A stretch of 64,000 bases of DNA from Clostridiales bacterium (lineage in GTDB: Bacteria; Bacillota; Clostridia; Oscillospirales; CAG-272): the NCBI GenBank assembly GCA_016281775.1, contig JAEEJH010000140.1, positions 7,788 to 71,787 of the forward strand, read 5' to 3'. Of the stretch, positions 41,721 through 50,602 are shown piece after piece. The stretch's first letter is position 1, and every line of letters begins with the position of its first letter. A program made the position numbers and the translations under genes. The notes under the pieces are model-generated. The model searched no databases. It was not told the origin of the DNA and saw nothing but the letters and a program-made list of their open reading frames with translations.

Positions 41721-42846
41721 AGTCTTTTCTGTCTTTGAATCTGCTTCTTATCGTACAAAGATCTCCGGCGGTTATAAGATAATCGTAAGAGATCGGCTCG
41801 TAAGACGCGAGGCGCATCATCGCTATCGGCGCAACGTAGTTTGTAGGTCCGGCCGCCGGATCTTTCGTGCCGTTGTAACTGAATCTTCCGCCGATATATC
41901 TGCGGACGTTCGGAACATACAGACCTATGCCGTAATCGTTGTCGTCGCACCACGCGCACCACGATTCCGAATTTTCGGGTTTCAGATAAAATCTGTGCCT
42001 CGGCCAGTCTTCGGGCCAGAAGATGAGGTCGCGGCGCACCTCGAGCGCGTCGTCGGTCCACGGTTTGTCTCCGCCGTAGAAGTAGAAATTGTTGAGATAG
42101 CTGACGGTATAGAACGCCGGGACCTCCTGCGAGTTGACGGGATGCTTGTAGCCCGACCAGTCGGTGAAGCGGTTCCAAACGCGCAGATATTCGCCGTCAA
42201 GCGTATATTCGTTTTCCATATAGCTGTCCGTGTAAAGACCTACGTGTCCCCAGTCGCGCGGGCGGCATTTTACGTATATGGAATCCTCCGTCACCTTATA
42301 ATCGATAAGCTTGCTTTTTTTATTGCCGCGGTCGCCGCCCTGCACGGGATTGTATACCCACGGATTGCCCATGAATTCGCCTTTCACGTAAGGCGGTTCG
42401 CCCGTGCCGTAATACGACTGCTGAACGAGCCTGCCCGTGTCGGCGTGATTGAGCATATTTTTTAAGCCCTCAACGGGGCATTTTTTGTCTTCGATATAAG
42501 AAAGTCCGCCGCCCCAGATAAGCTCCGAGCCGACTTTGAGAAATTCGTTTTCGATAAAATACGTACCGCCGGATAAAACGCCGCAAAGCTCCGTTTCAAG
42601 CTCCGATACGCAATACTCTCCCTCTTTGCAGGTTTCAAACGTCAGATCGTAAAGTCCCGACGCGTATTTGTTTTCGATATACCCCTCGGTAAAGCTGACG
42701 AAAACGCCGTTTTCGTCGGCGGGCAGATAAAACTCTTCTTTTACCCTCTCGCCGCCGCAGTCAAAGTAAAACGAGCCTTTGAGTGGGACTTCACTTTTGT
42801 AAACGATCTTAAATCTGTTATACTTTTCGATCACGCGCAGTTTCAT
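41683..42846 (-). CDS. hypothetical cytoplasmic protein (387 aa), W/Y/G-rich, function unknown
   Basis: The long ORF is translationally coupled (ATGA) to nfo. It has no signal peptide and I recognise no motif. Its 3' end overlaps the convergent glycosylase gene by 38 nt. Confidence 0.6.
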   Translation of the reverse strand: MKLRVIEKYNRFKIVYKSEVPLKGSFYFDCGGERVKEEFYLPADENGVFVSFTEGYIENKYASGLYDLTFETCKEGEYCVSELETELCGVLSGGTYFIENEFLKVGSELIWGGGLSYIEDKKCPVEGLKNMLNHADTGRLVQQSYYGTGEPPYVKGEFMGNPWVYNPVQGGDRGNKKSKLIDYKVTEDSIYVKCRPRDWGHVGLYTDSYMENEYTLDGEYLRVWNRFTDWSGYKHPVNSQEVPAFYTVSYLNNFYFYGGDKPWTDDALEVRRDLIFWPEDWPRHRFYLKPENSESWCAWCDDNDYGIGLYVPNVRRYIGGRFSYNGTKDPAAGPTNYVAPIAMMRLASYEPISYDYLITAGDLCTIRSRFKDRKDFTDNPDLTACSK

Positions 42847-43673
42847 ACTCTCAGTCCTTTCAGAAGTTTTATTTCGGCTTCGTAGCCGTCGATATCATTC
42901 GGCGTTTCGAGCGCGATCGGCAGACCGTCGAATTGCGGGCAGTTGATTATGCGTTTTATATTTTCGAGTCCGATAAAGCCCTGACCTATTTTCTCGTGAC
43001 GGTCCTTATGCGCGCCTCTCGGATTTTTGCTGTCGTTTAAATGAACGGCGGCGAGTTTTTTTATTCCGATTATCTTATCGAATTCATCAAGCGTCCGATA
43101 AAGTCCCTCGCAGACGTCGTAGCCGGCGTCGGATACGTGGCAGGTATCGAGGCAGACGTAAAGATGCTTTGCAAAATCACAGCCGTCGATTATCGCTTTA
43201 AGCTCTTCAAAGGTCGAGCCTATCTCGCTGCCCTTGCCCGCCATCGTCTCGAGCGTGACCTTCGTTTTCATGCCGTGAAACATATTTTTATTGAGCATTT
43301 TGAGTATGTGAGCGATGCCGGTATCGACTCCCTGCCCTACGTGAGAGCCGGGGTGGAAATTGTAGACCGTGCCCGGTATGTTCTCAAGCGTGGCGATATC
43401 GCCGCGAAAGACCATATCGGCGAACTCTCTCGTCTTCTCCTCGGCGGAAGCCGGGTTGAGCGTATAAGGCGCGTGAGCGATTATCGGTCCGAAGTTGTTT
43501 TCTTCCATTATCGAGATAAGCTTCGCCGCGTCGTCGGGATCGTATTTCTTTACCGAGCCGCCCCTCGGATTGCGCGTGAAAAACTGAAAAGTATTCGCGC
43601 CTATGCGGAGCGCCTCTTCTCCCATGGCGGCGTAACCGCCGGACGATGATAAATGACAGCCGATGTAAAACAT
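42843..43673 (-). CDS. nfo: deoxyribonuclease IV (endonuclease IV)
   Basis: Blocks are IGCHLS, HAPYTLNPAS, FHPGSH, LETMAGKG, CLDTCH and HLNDSK...DRH. Confidence 0.9.
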   Translation of the reverse strand: MFYIGCHLSSSGGYAAMGEEALRIGANTFQFFTRNPRGGSVKKYDPDDAAKLISIMEENNFGPIIAHAPYTLNPASAEEKTREFADMVFRGDIATLENIPGTVYNFHPGSHVGQGVDTGIAHILKMLNKNMFHGMKTKVTLETMAGKGSEIGSTFEELKAIIDGCDFAKHLYVCLDTCHVSDAGYDVCEGLYRTLDEFDKIIGIKKLAAVHLNDSKNPRGAHKDRHEKIGQGFIGLENIKRIINCPQFDGLPIALETPNDIDGYEAEIKLLKGLRV

Positions 43674-43677
43674 TTTA

Positions 43678-45174
43678 TTACTCCCCGTATTTCAACAGTT
43701 CCGTTATGATCTGCGGTATGCACGAAACGGTGTCGGAAGCGATCATGCTTATGCTGTTCGTCTTCTTCTCCGCCGCCTCGCCCGCCGCGCCGTTTATATA
43801 AGCCGCCGCCGATACGGCGGTAAGCGTATCGGTATTGCAGGCGCAGAGAGCCGCGGTTATCCCCGACAAAACGTCGCCGCTGCCGGCAGTCGCCATGCCG
43901 GGGCAGCCCGTGTCGCTGATATTGACCGCATGCCCGTCGGTTATGACCGTCGCCGTGCCTTTGAGCAATACGACCGCGCCGTATTCTTTTGCAAAATCTT
44001 TTGCGGCGGATATCGGATCAGACAGTATTTCGCTTATTTCTTTGCCGGTAAGGCGCGAAAATTCCTTCACGTGCGGCGTCAGCACCGTTCTGCACTTCGC
44101 CGTTTTAAGTAACCCGGCTCCGGCGCGCGACAAAGCGTTCAGCCCGTCGGCGTCGATTATCAAGGTACCTTCAAAATTGCCGAGCAGATAACGAAGCGTC
44201 TGCCCGACTCCCTCTCCCTGACCGGCGCCCATGCCGAACGCGATTACCTTTACTCCTCTTATGAGTTCCTTTATCTCTTCTTCGTTGAAAGCGATATATC
44301 CGTTATCCGACGAAAGCGGAAAGACCGTGCACTCGAGCGTTCTTGCCGACAGTCTGTCAGCCATAAAATCAGGCACGGCGGCTTTGACCACTCCCGCGCC
44401 CGATCTCATCGCGGCGTTCGCCATACAGGCGAGCTTGACCGCGCCGCCGTAACGGCGGCTGCCGCCGACGATCGCGATATATCCGAAGTCGGATTTGTTG
44501 CAGAACGCCGGGCGTTTGTGCAGCGCCTTCGCCGCGTCGGCTTTTTCAAGCACGCCGTACGGCCGGTCGGACGCTTCGAGCCCTATATCGACGTTGACCT
44601 TGCTTTTTATGCAGTCTTTCGCCATGCCGAGAAAGTGTCCCGGCTTGTAAAAACCTATAGAAACGGTAAGATCCGATATTACGCACAGCTTTGCAAGTCC
44701 GCTGTCGGAATCGAGGCCGCTGTTTATGTCGGCGCTTATGACGCGCCTGCCGCTTGCGTTGATCTTCTCTATCGCGGTCTTCGAAAGACCTGCCGGAGCG
44801 CCTCTGAAGCCCGTGCCGAAAATGCAGTCGACCACCGTATGAAACGGCGACAGGTCGGTGTTTTCGGTGAAAAGCCCTATCTTCACACCCTTTTCGGCGC
44901 ATCTTTTATAATAATACGCGCCGTCCGGCGACAGATCTTCCGACAGAGCGAAAACGGCGCATTCCGTTCCGCGGTCGGCAAGTATCTCCGCGAGCGCGTA
45001 TCCGTCGCCGCCGTTATTGCCGCGGCCGCACACGACCGCCGTCTTTTCGTTTTGCCCTATATAAGAGGCTATGCCTTCCGCGGCGCGGCGCATAAGCGCC
45101 GTGCCGGGCGTGCCCGAGGCGATCTTTTCGGCGTCGCTTTTTCTTACGCCGGCTCTGCTGAGAACTCTTATCAT
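43678..45174 (-). CDS. nnr: bifunctional NAD(P)H-hydrate repair enzyme (epimerase/dehydratase)
   Basis: CGRGNNGGDGYA marks the epimerase half and ATAGSGDVLSG the dehydratase half. The ATG at 45174 overlaps the upstream stop (ATGA), and the Arg-rich track extension to 45240 is discarded. Confidence 0.85.
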   Translation of the reverse strand: MIRVLSRAGVRKSDAEKIASGTPGTALMRRAAEGIASYIGQNEKTAVVCGRGNNGGDGYALAEILADRGTECAVFALSEDLSPDGAYYYKRCAEKGVKIGLFTENTDLSPFHTVVDCIFGTGFRGAPAGLSKTAIEKINASGRRVISADINSGLDSDSGLAKLCVISDLTVSIGFYKPGHFLGMAKDCIKSKVNVDIGLEASDRPYGVLEKADAAKALHKRPAFCNKSDFGYIAIVGGSRRYGGAVKLACMANAAMRSGAGVVKAAVPDFMADRLSARTLECTVFPLSSDNGYIAFNEEEIKELIRGVKVIAFGMGAGQGEGVGQTLRYLLGNFEGTLIIDADGLNALSRAGAGLLKTAKCRTVLTPHVKEFSRLTGKEISEILSDPISAAKDFAKEYGAVVLLKGTATVITDGHAVNISDTGCPGMATAGSGDVLSGITAALCACNTDTLTAVSAAAYINGAAGEAAEKKTNSISMIASDTVSCIPQIITELLKYGE

Positions 45175-45896
45175 TTCAGTTTCTTCTTCCGTACGTATAC
45201 GGCGGTAACCGCCGCCGCGGCGGCGCATACGAGTACGCACGCGACGATTATCAGCGGCGCGGCGCCCTTATTTCCCGTTTCGTTTTTTTCTCCGACCGGC
45301 TTCGTTATGCGGCCAATAGTTCCGTTTTCTCCGGTTTCTTTCGCCGTACCGCTCGTTTGGGGCGCGTCGGTTTCCTTCGTATGCGTGACGACCGCGCCGG
45401 TCTCTTCCGTAAGCGTGACGACCGTCCGCGTCTCTTCAGTCGGCGCGTCCGCGCCGGATATCTCGATAAAGCCGTCGGTCACGTCGAGGGCGACTTCTTC
45501 TTCATCGTAGTTATAACATTCGATAAAAACGAGTTTTATACCGTATCTTCCCGATACCGCGCCTTCTTTTACCTTGAATCTCACCGTCAGAAGCGCCCCG
45601 TCGCCCTTTATGTTTTTGCCGCTCTCGACGGAGATGTTTTTGCCGACGCTTATATCGTCGGTCTTGAGATCGCCCTTTTCGGCAAAGACCAGCTCGAGCG
45701 CGTTTTCATCGTATTCAGGCCTGACGCGAAGGTAGCAGAAGCCGGGGTTGTTTACGACCGTAACGGTTATATCCGCTGTTTCGCCGGCCGCCGCTTTCGC
45801 GCTGCCGACATACAGCCCGGCGGACGACGCCGAGCGCGCGGCGACAGGCGCGAGAATAAGGAACGCGGCAAGTATCGCGCACAGTAGTTTTTTCAT
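45171..45896 (-). CDS. cohesin domain-containing protein with C-terminal TM anchor
   Basis: The signal peptide is MKKLLCAILAAFLILAPVAA. GETADITVTVVNNPGFCYLRVRPEYDENALELV ... GALLTVRFKVKEGAVSGRYGIKL fits the cohesin pattern. The TM is APLIIVACVLVCAAAAAVTAVYV. Confidence 0.75.
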   Translation of the reverse strand: MKKLLCAILAAFLILAPVAARSASSAGLYVGSAKAAAGETADITVTVVNNPGFCYLRVRPEYDENALELVFAEKGDLKTDDISVGKNISVESGKNIKGDGALLTVRFKVKEGAVSGRYGIKLVFIECYNYDEEEVALDVTDGFIEISGADAPTEETRTVVTLTEETGAVVTHTKETDAPQTSGTAKETGENGTIGRITKPVGEKNETGNKGAAPLIIVACVLVCAAAAAVTAVYVRKKKLK

Positions 45897-45909
45897 TTCA
45901 TCCTCCTGA

Positions 45910-46833
45910 TCAGGGCCTGCAGTAGCCGCAGGCTTTATAGCCTCTTTCGATAAGAAAGTCGCGGCTGCCGTGGTAAAATTCGACGTTTTCTTCTCTTATC
46001 AGTATCGCGTATTTGCAGGTGAGTTTATGGAATTTTCTCGATCTGACGTTTATCACGTAGCCGGATAAGAGCTCCGCCATGCCTTCGTCGGGCCTGCTCT
46101 CGCCGGTCGCGTAATTGATGACTATATAAGGCTGAACGTTGTAAGCGAAAACGCAGAAACAGACGCCCTCGCCGTGATCTTCCGTCGAGTACGCCTCCAT
46201 GAGCACGCCGCGGGCTATCACGTCTTCGCCTTCGAAGACCGGCGTCACGCGGTACAGCACGTGATTGCCCGTGTTCTTGACGTAATCGGCTATGAGGTTC
46301 TCGTACGGCAGCATACCGTCGATATTCATATACCTTGTGCCGGTTATGAGATTTTTCTCGTTTGCGTTCTCGCCGGCGAGCTGAAATCCGATGAGATGAC
46401 AGCGGTTATAAAGATACTCGTTTTCGATGAACTCGTATCTGTCCGACCGCCATCCGGAAGGTCTTACAAGACCTATGTAGTCGCGCGACTCGACCGGCAT
46501 GAGATCGGCGCCTATGCAGGCGACCGCCGCGCCGCATCTGCCGTCTTTATCGAGGCGGCTGTAATATTCGTACGACGTGGCGACTTTTTCATTCATCGTG
46601 AAATACGGCACGCCGCCGTTAACGACTGCGCACGGCGAGCCGTCGTATTCCGGCAGGGTGTCGAGCGAAAACGGCGTGTGCAGCGAAGCCGGTATGACCG
46701 CGGCAGCCGGATCGCCGCCCGGTAAAACTATGACCGGATCCGGTACGGCGAAAGACGGCGCCTCTTTGGCGCAGCCGCAGAGGCAGACGAAAACGAGTAT
46801 GACCGCCGCCGTAAGAATGACCGTTTTTCTCAC
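45910..46833 (-). CDS. secreted DNA/RNA non-specific (EndA/NucA-like) endonuclease lipoprotein with C-terminal Cys/His motif
   Basis: The lipobox-like N-terminus is (M)RKTVILTAAVILVFVCLCGC. YNRCHLIGFQLAGENANEKNLITGTRYMN resembles the DRGHLxxxQxxG...N block of entry nucleases. The C-terminus is KFHKLTCKY...GYKACGYCRP. Confidence 0.7.
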   Translation of the reverse strand: MRKTVILTAAVILVFVCLCGCAKEAPSFAVPDPVIVLPGGDPAAAVIPASLHTPFSLDTLPEYDGSPCAVVNGGVPYFTMNEKVATSYEYYSRLDKDGRCGAAVACIGADLMPVESRDYIGLVRPSGWRSDRYEFIENEYLYNRCHLIGFQLAGENANEKNLITGTRYMNIDGMLPYENLIADYVKNTGNHVLYRVTPVFEGEDVIARGVLMEAYSTEDHGEGVCFCVFAYNVQPYIVINYATGESRPDEGMAELLSGYVINVRSRKFHKLTCKYAILIREENVEFYHGSRDFLIERGYKACGYCRP

Positions 46834-46839
46834 GATGTT

Positions 46840-47652
46840 TTATCTGCCGCCGCTTTGCAGAAAACGGGCGGCGTTGTTATAAAGTATATCTTCCCTGACC
46901 GAGTCCGGCAGGCGGAGTTTTTCAAACAGCCGCAATTCCGACGCCGGGTACATGACCGGATAATCAGTGCCGAACATTACGCGGCCGTAACCGAGTTTGC
47001 CTATTATCTTCACGGCGTGATCGGGATCGAGATACCAAAGCGACGACGACGTGTCGTACATAACGTTTTCGTTATCCAAAAGCAGAGTTTTTTCCGCGTC
47101 GGTCGCTCTGTAACCTCCGAGATGCGCCGCGACGACGCGCAGACGCGGAAAGTCGGAAAGGATCTTACGGAGCTTGTCCGATGACGAAAATCTGTACTGC
47201 GGTCTGTCGTCGCCCATGTGGAAATATATCGGGAATCTGCCTTCGGCGATCTCGTAAAGCGGATAGAACTTACGCGAATCTATATTCTCCCCCTGTATGT
47301 CCGGGTGGATCTTGATGCCGCACAGACCTCCGCCGATCGCGTAATCTATCTCCGATTCCATATCCTCGCAGTCCTGATGCATACCGCCGAAAGCGTACGC
47401 TTCAAAGCCGTCTTCTCTGCCGCGCCTCATTACGTCAATGAGACATTCGTTTACGCGGTGCACCTGGCGGGCGTTTGTCGCGACCGAAAAGACGAGAAAG
47501 CCGCAAACGCCGCTCTCTTTGCACTTTTCGGTCATATCGGCGTAAGTGCCCTTGCCCTCGGGTACGAAATCGTAGAATCTGCCGAGCGCGGTGACGGCTC
47601 TCTCCGCTATCGCGTCCGGATAAATGTGCGTGTGTACGTCAAATATCTTCAT
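46840..47652 (-). CDS. amidohydrolase-family metal-dependent hydrolase (TIM barrel)
   Basis: MKIFDVHTHIYP is the HxH metal motif. The ATG at 47652 avoids overlap with the aspartate kinase gene. Confidence 0.7.
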   Translation of the reverse strand: MKIFDVHTHIYPDAIAERAVTALGRFYDFVPEGKGTYADMTEKCKESGVCGFLVFSVATNARQVHRVNECLIDVMRRGREDGFEAYAFGGMHQDCEDMESEIDYAIGGGLCGIKIHPDIQGENIDSRKFYPLYEIAEGRFPIYFHMGDDRPQYRFSSSDKLRKILSDFPRLRVVAAHLGGYRATDAEKTLLLDNENVMYDTSSSLWYLDPDHAVKIIGKLGYGRVMFGTDYPVMYPASELRLFEKLRLPDSVREDILYNNAARFLQSGGR

Positions 47653-47656
47653 ACTT

Positions 47657-48976
47657 TTACGGATTGACGAATTCTTTGTAAATGGCGCGGACGGCTTTTT
47701 CAAAGTCGGCTTCTTCTATGCCGATTATGATGTTCAATTCGTCCGAACCCTGATCTATCATTTTAACGTTGACGTCTGCTTCTGCTATCGCGCGGAAGAC
47801 CTTTGCCGCGGTACCTTTCGATTTGACCATCGCGCGGCCGACGACCGCTATCAGAGCGATGCCGTCTTCGGTGCTGATCGTATCGGGCGCCGCCTCCTGG
47901 CAGATGCCGTTCAATATGTATTCGAGCCTGCCGGCAAGTTCCGAACTCTTTACGATAACGCTCATCGTGTCTATGCCGGACGGCAGATGCTCGAACGAAA
48001 TGCCGCGTTTTTCAAGCACGCCGAGCACTTTTCTGCCGAAACCGACTTCGCTGTTCATCATATCCTTCGCGACGTTTATCGCCGTGAATCCCTTTTTGCC
48101 GGCTATGCCGGTTATGACGTTTTTCGTATCGTATTCTGTCGAATCGGCGACGATCATCGTGCCGCGGTCCTGCGGGCGGTCGGTATTTCTTATATTTATC
48201 GGTATGCCGGCGATCTGCACGGGGAATATCGCGTCTTCGTGCAGTACCGTAGCACCCATGTAAGAAAGCTCGCGCAGTTCTCTGTAGGTTATGGTTTCTA
48301 TGACCTTCGGGTCGTCGACGATGCGCGGATCAGCCATAAGAAATCCCGAAACGTCGGTCCAGTTCTCGTAAAGCTCGGCGTTCGCCGCGCGGGCGACTAT
48401 CGAGCCGGTAATGTCCGATCCGCCGCGCGAAAACGTCCTGATCGTGCCGTTCGGCATCGCGCCGTAGAAGCCGGGTATGACCGCCCTCTCGTGCTTTTTC
48501 AGCCTCGCGCTCATCACGTCGTTCGTATATTCGGCGTTGAAGGTGCCGTCGTTATTGAAAAACACCACCTCCCTCGCGTCGATGAAATCGTAACCGAGAT
48601 ACCTCGCGAGTATCATCGCGTTCAGATATTCGCCTCTTGAAGCGGCGTAGTCTCTGCCCGTCATGTTATACATCGCGTTTTTGATCCTCTCGAGCTCGTA
48701 GGTGAGCGAGATCGGCAGATCGAGTTCCTCGGCTATTTCGTTATAGCGGCAGGTTATCTCGCTGAAAAGCGCGTCGATATTCTCCCCCGCTTCGGCTTTT
48801 TCGTAGCAGAGGTAAAACATATCCGTGATCTTGAAATCGCCTTTGAACCTCTTGCCCGGCGCGGAGACGACGACGTATTTTCTTCTCTCGTCCGATCTTA
48901 TTATTTCGGCAACTTTTTTGAATTTGTCGGCTTCCGCCATAGACGTACCGCCGAATTTGGTCACTATCGTATTCAT
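47657..48976 (-). CDS. aspartate kinase
   Basis: The ATG at 48976 follows a GGGAGAG RBS. Blocks are VTKFGGTSM and YVVVSAPGKR, with ACT-like C-terminal repeats. Confidence 0.9.
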   Translation of the reverse strand: MNTIVTKFGGTSMAEADKFKKVAEIIRSDERRKYVVVSAPGKRFKGDFKITDMFYLCYEKAEAGENIDALFSEITCRYNEIAEELDLPISLTYELERIKNAMYNMTGRDYAASRGEYLNAMILARYLGYDFIDAREVVFFNNDGTFNAEYTNDVMSARLKKHERAVIPGFYGAMPNGTIRTFSRGGSDITGSIVARAANAELYENWTDVSGFLMADPRIVDDPKVIETITYRELRELSYMGATVLHEDAIFPVQIAGIPINIRNTDRPQDRGTMIVADSTEYDTKNVITGIAGKKGFTAINVAKDMMNSEVGFGRKVLGVLEKRGISFEHLPSGIDTMSVIVKSSELAGRLEYILNGICQEAAPDTISTEDGIALIAVVGRAMVKSKGTAAKVFRAIAEADVNVKMIDQGSDELNIIIGIEEADFEKAVRAIYKEFVNP

Positions 48977-48987
48977 ATTCTCTCCCG

Positions 48988-49425
48988 TTAACTGTTTTTG
49001 TCTTTGTGTATCCCGAGTATCAGCGACAGGGCTTTTTTCTCGTCTTCGTAACTCCCGAACGTGAAATGCGTATCGCCCGACTGACCGCATAAAAGCAGTT
49101 CGTCATCGGACTTTTCCACGGTGAAAAACGACGTTTTAAACGGCGTATCGTCCGAAAGGATATATATGACTTTGCAGTCGCCGTTTTCTTCCGGTTCCGG
49201 CATTTTAAGCGTCAGCGCGACGGTCTGCCCGTCGAGCCGAGCCGCGTCGACCGAGAAATCCGACGTGTTCCGCCCGAATTCTTCGCCGCTGCTCTCGTAC
49301 GCCGACCTGCAGAGGTTATAAAGCGAAACTCCGCCGCCCATGATAAGCGACGATACGAGCCTCTCTCCCCTCCGGTCAAGCAGATACGGTATCATTATAT
49401 GTTCGAAAACGTACCTTGCCCTCAT
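48988..49425 (-). CDS. hypothetical protein (145 aa)
   Basis: The ORF lies directly upstream of aspartate kinase (11-nt gap). The RBS is weak and I recognise no motif. Confidence 0.45.
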   Translation of the reverse strand: MRARYVFEHIMIPYLLDRRGERLVSSLIMGGGVSLYNLCRSAYESSGEEFGRNTSDFSVDAARLDGQTVALTLKMPEPEENGDCKVIYILSDDTPFKTSFFTVEKSDDELLLCGQSGDTHFTFGSYEDEKKALSLILGIHKDKNS

Positions 49426-49445
49426 TTTTTCTTGCCTTTGATTTT

Positions 49446-49474
49446 TTGAATGTAATATTTTTTTATATTATACT
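49446..49474 (+). promoter_or_regulatory. orphan sigma-A-type promoter (TTGAAT-17-TATACT)
   Basis: Read directly. It points at the strong hairpin at 49544-49580, with no ORF worth calling in between. Confidence 0.45.
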
Positions 49475-49480
49475 ACGCCT

Positions 49481-49584
49481 TTTGATAAAACGCAAGATAT
49501 AAAAGTTAAAATCTTATGACAAAACGCAAGATATGAAAGCAAAAACGTGTCTGATGCGCAAAAATCGCATCAGACACGTTTTAT
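49481..49584 (+). ncRNA. candidate ~100-nt small RNA (promoter to terminator), unverified
   Basis: It is bounded by the promoter above and a 15-bp perfect-stem terminator (AACGTGTCTGATGCG-caaaaat-CGCATCAGACACGTT + TTTTAT). It contains the direct repeat AAAACGCAAGATAT twice (49487-49500, 49521-49534). Confidence 0.25.
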
Positions 49585-49611
49585 ACGTTGTTCCGAAAAG
49601 CGCCTCCATGT

Positions 49612-49645
49612 GGTGTCAAAATAAAGTGCACTTTATTTTAACACC
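49612..49645. promoter_or_regulatory. 34-bp near-perfect palindrome (candidate operator) upstream of XRE/TPR gene 1
   Basis: GGTGTCAAAATAAAGTG|CACTTTATTTTAACACC has one mismatch and lies ~40 nt upstream of the -35. Confidence 0.5.
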
Positions 49646-49686
49646 AATTTCACCTATTAGTTGAAAAATTCTCGCGATATACGTTA

Positions 49687-49715
49687 TTGGTAAAAGCATT
49701 TTGATATGCTATAAT
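49687..49715 (+). promoter_or_regulatory. sigma-A-type promoter (TTGGTA-17-TATAAT)
   Basis: Read directly. It is followed by AAAGGAGAG and the ATG at 49747. Confidence 0.55.
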
Positions 49716-49746
49716 GAAGTTGTCAACCAAGAAAGGAGAGAGATAT

Positions 49747-50571
49747 ATGAAAATCAAATTAGGTGAGAAAATAAGAAAACTGCGCAGAAGCAAAGGTATA
49801 TCTCAGGAGACGCTCGCCGCCGCGCTCGGCGTGACATTTCAATCCGTGAGCAAATGGGAAAACGAGGCGACTATGCCGGACGTGGCGCTCATACCCGCAA
49901 TAGCGTCGTTTTTCGGCGTTTCAACAGACGAACTGTTTGATTTCAATATATATGAAACGGAGAAAAAAGTTATGGATATATGCCGTCGCTCGTGGGAGAT
50001 CCGCGATACCGATCCGGCGGAGGCGGAAAGGATCCTGAACGACGGACTTAAACAATATCCCGGAAACGACATAATTCTGAATAATCTGCTTTGCGTTATT
50101 CCCGTGCCGGAGCGCGCGGATGAGGCGATATCTATCTGCCGCGCGCTTGTTGAAGGTTCGAAACTTGACGACGTGCGCCTTGACGCATGGAGAATAATGG
50201 CGCAGGCGTATCAGTCAAAAGGCGAATACGGTATGATGAAAGAAGCGCTTGAGCATATCCCCGAGATCTATTTCAGCCGCCTTGAGCTTGACGCAAAAAT
50301 GCTTACGGGCAACGAACGCTTTAAAGCGGCGCATAAGCATAAAAGATTATGCGCCGACGACATTATCGATATGCTTCTCATTTTAGCGGACTGTTATGAA
50401 GAAAAAGGTGAAAACGATAAAGCCGTGTCACAACTGAAAACCGCCGTCAAAATCATAGAATCGTTTTCCGGCGATACAGACGTTGAGTTCTTTACAGGGA
50501 CGGTCTATGAAAAAAGAAAGCACGAAATTCCCGGTATAAACGAAAGAATTTCACTTTTGATCAAACAGTAG
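49747..50571 (+). CDS. XRE-family HTH regulator with C-terminal TPR-like domain (paralog 1)
   Basis: The HTH is LRRSKGISQETLAAALGVTFQSVSKWENEATMPDVALIPAIASFFGVSTDELF. The remainder is helical-repeat-like (LKQYPGNDIILNNLL..., AQAYQSKGEYGMMKEALE). Confidence 0.85.
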   Translation: MKIKLGEKIRKLRRSKGISQETLAAALGVTFQSVSKWENEATMPDVALIPAIASFFGVSTDELFDFNIYETEKKVMDICRRSWEIRDTDPAEAERILNDGLKQYPGNDIILNNLLCVIPVPERADEAISICRALVEGSKLDDVRLDAWRIMAQAYQSKGEYGMMKEALEHIPEIYFSRLELDAKMLTGNERFKAAHKHKRLCADDIIDMLLILADCYEEKGENDKAVSQLKTAVKIIESFSGDTDVEFFTGTVYEKRKHEIPGINERISLLIKQ

Positions 50572-50602
50572 GGCGAGACTTTTTGTCATCTGCCGCGCGC
50601 CC

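Noticed and set aside
49533-49664. 43-aa ORF (MKAKTCLMRKNRIRHVLYVV..) as a possible RRNPP signalling peptide
   Set aside because: It has no RBS. It runs through the 15-bp terminator stem and the 34-bp palindrome. It has no signal-peptide-like or typical pro-peptide features.
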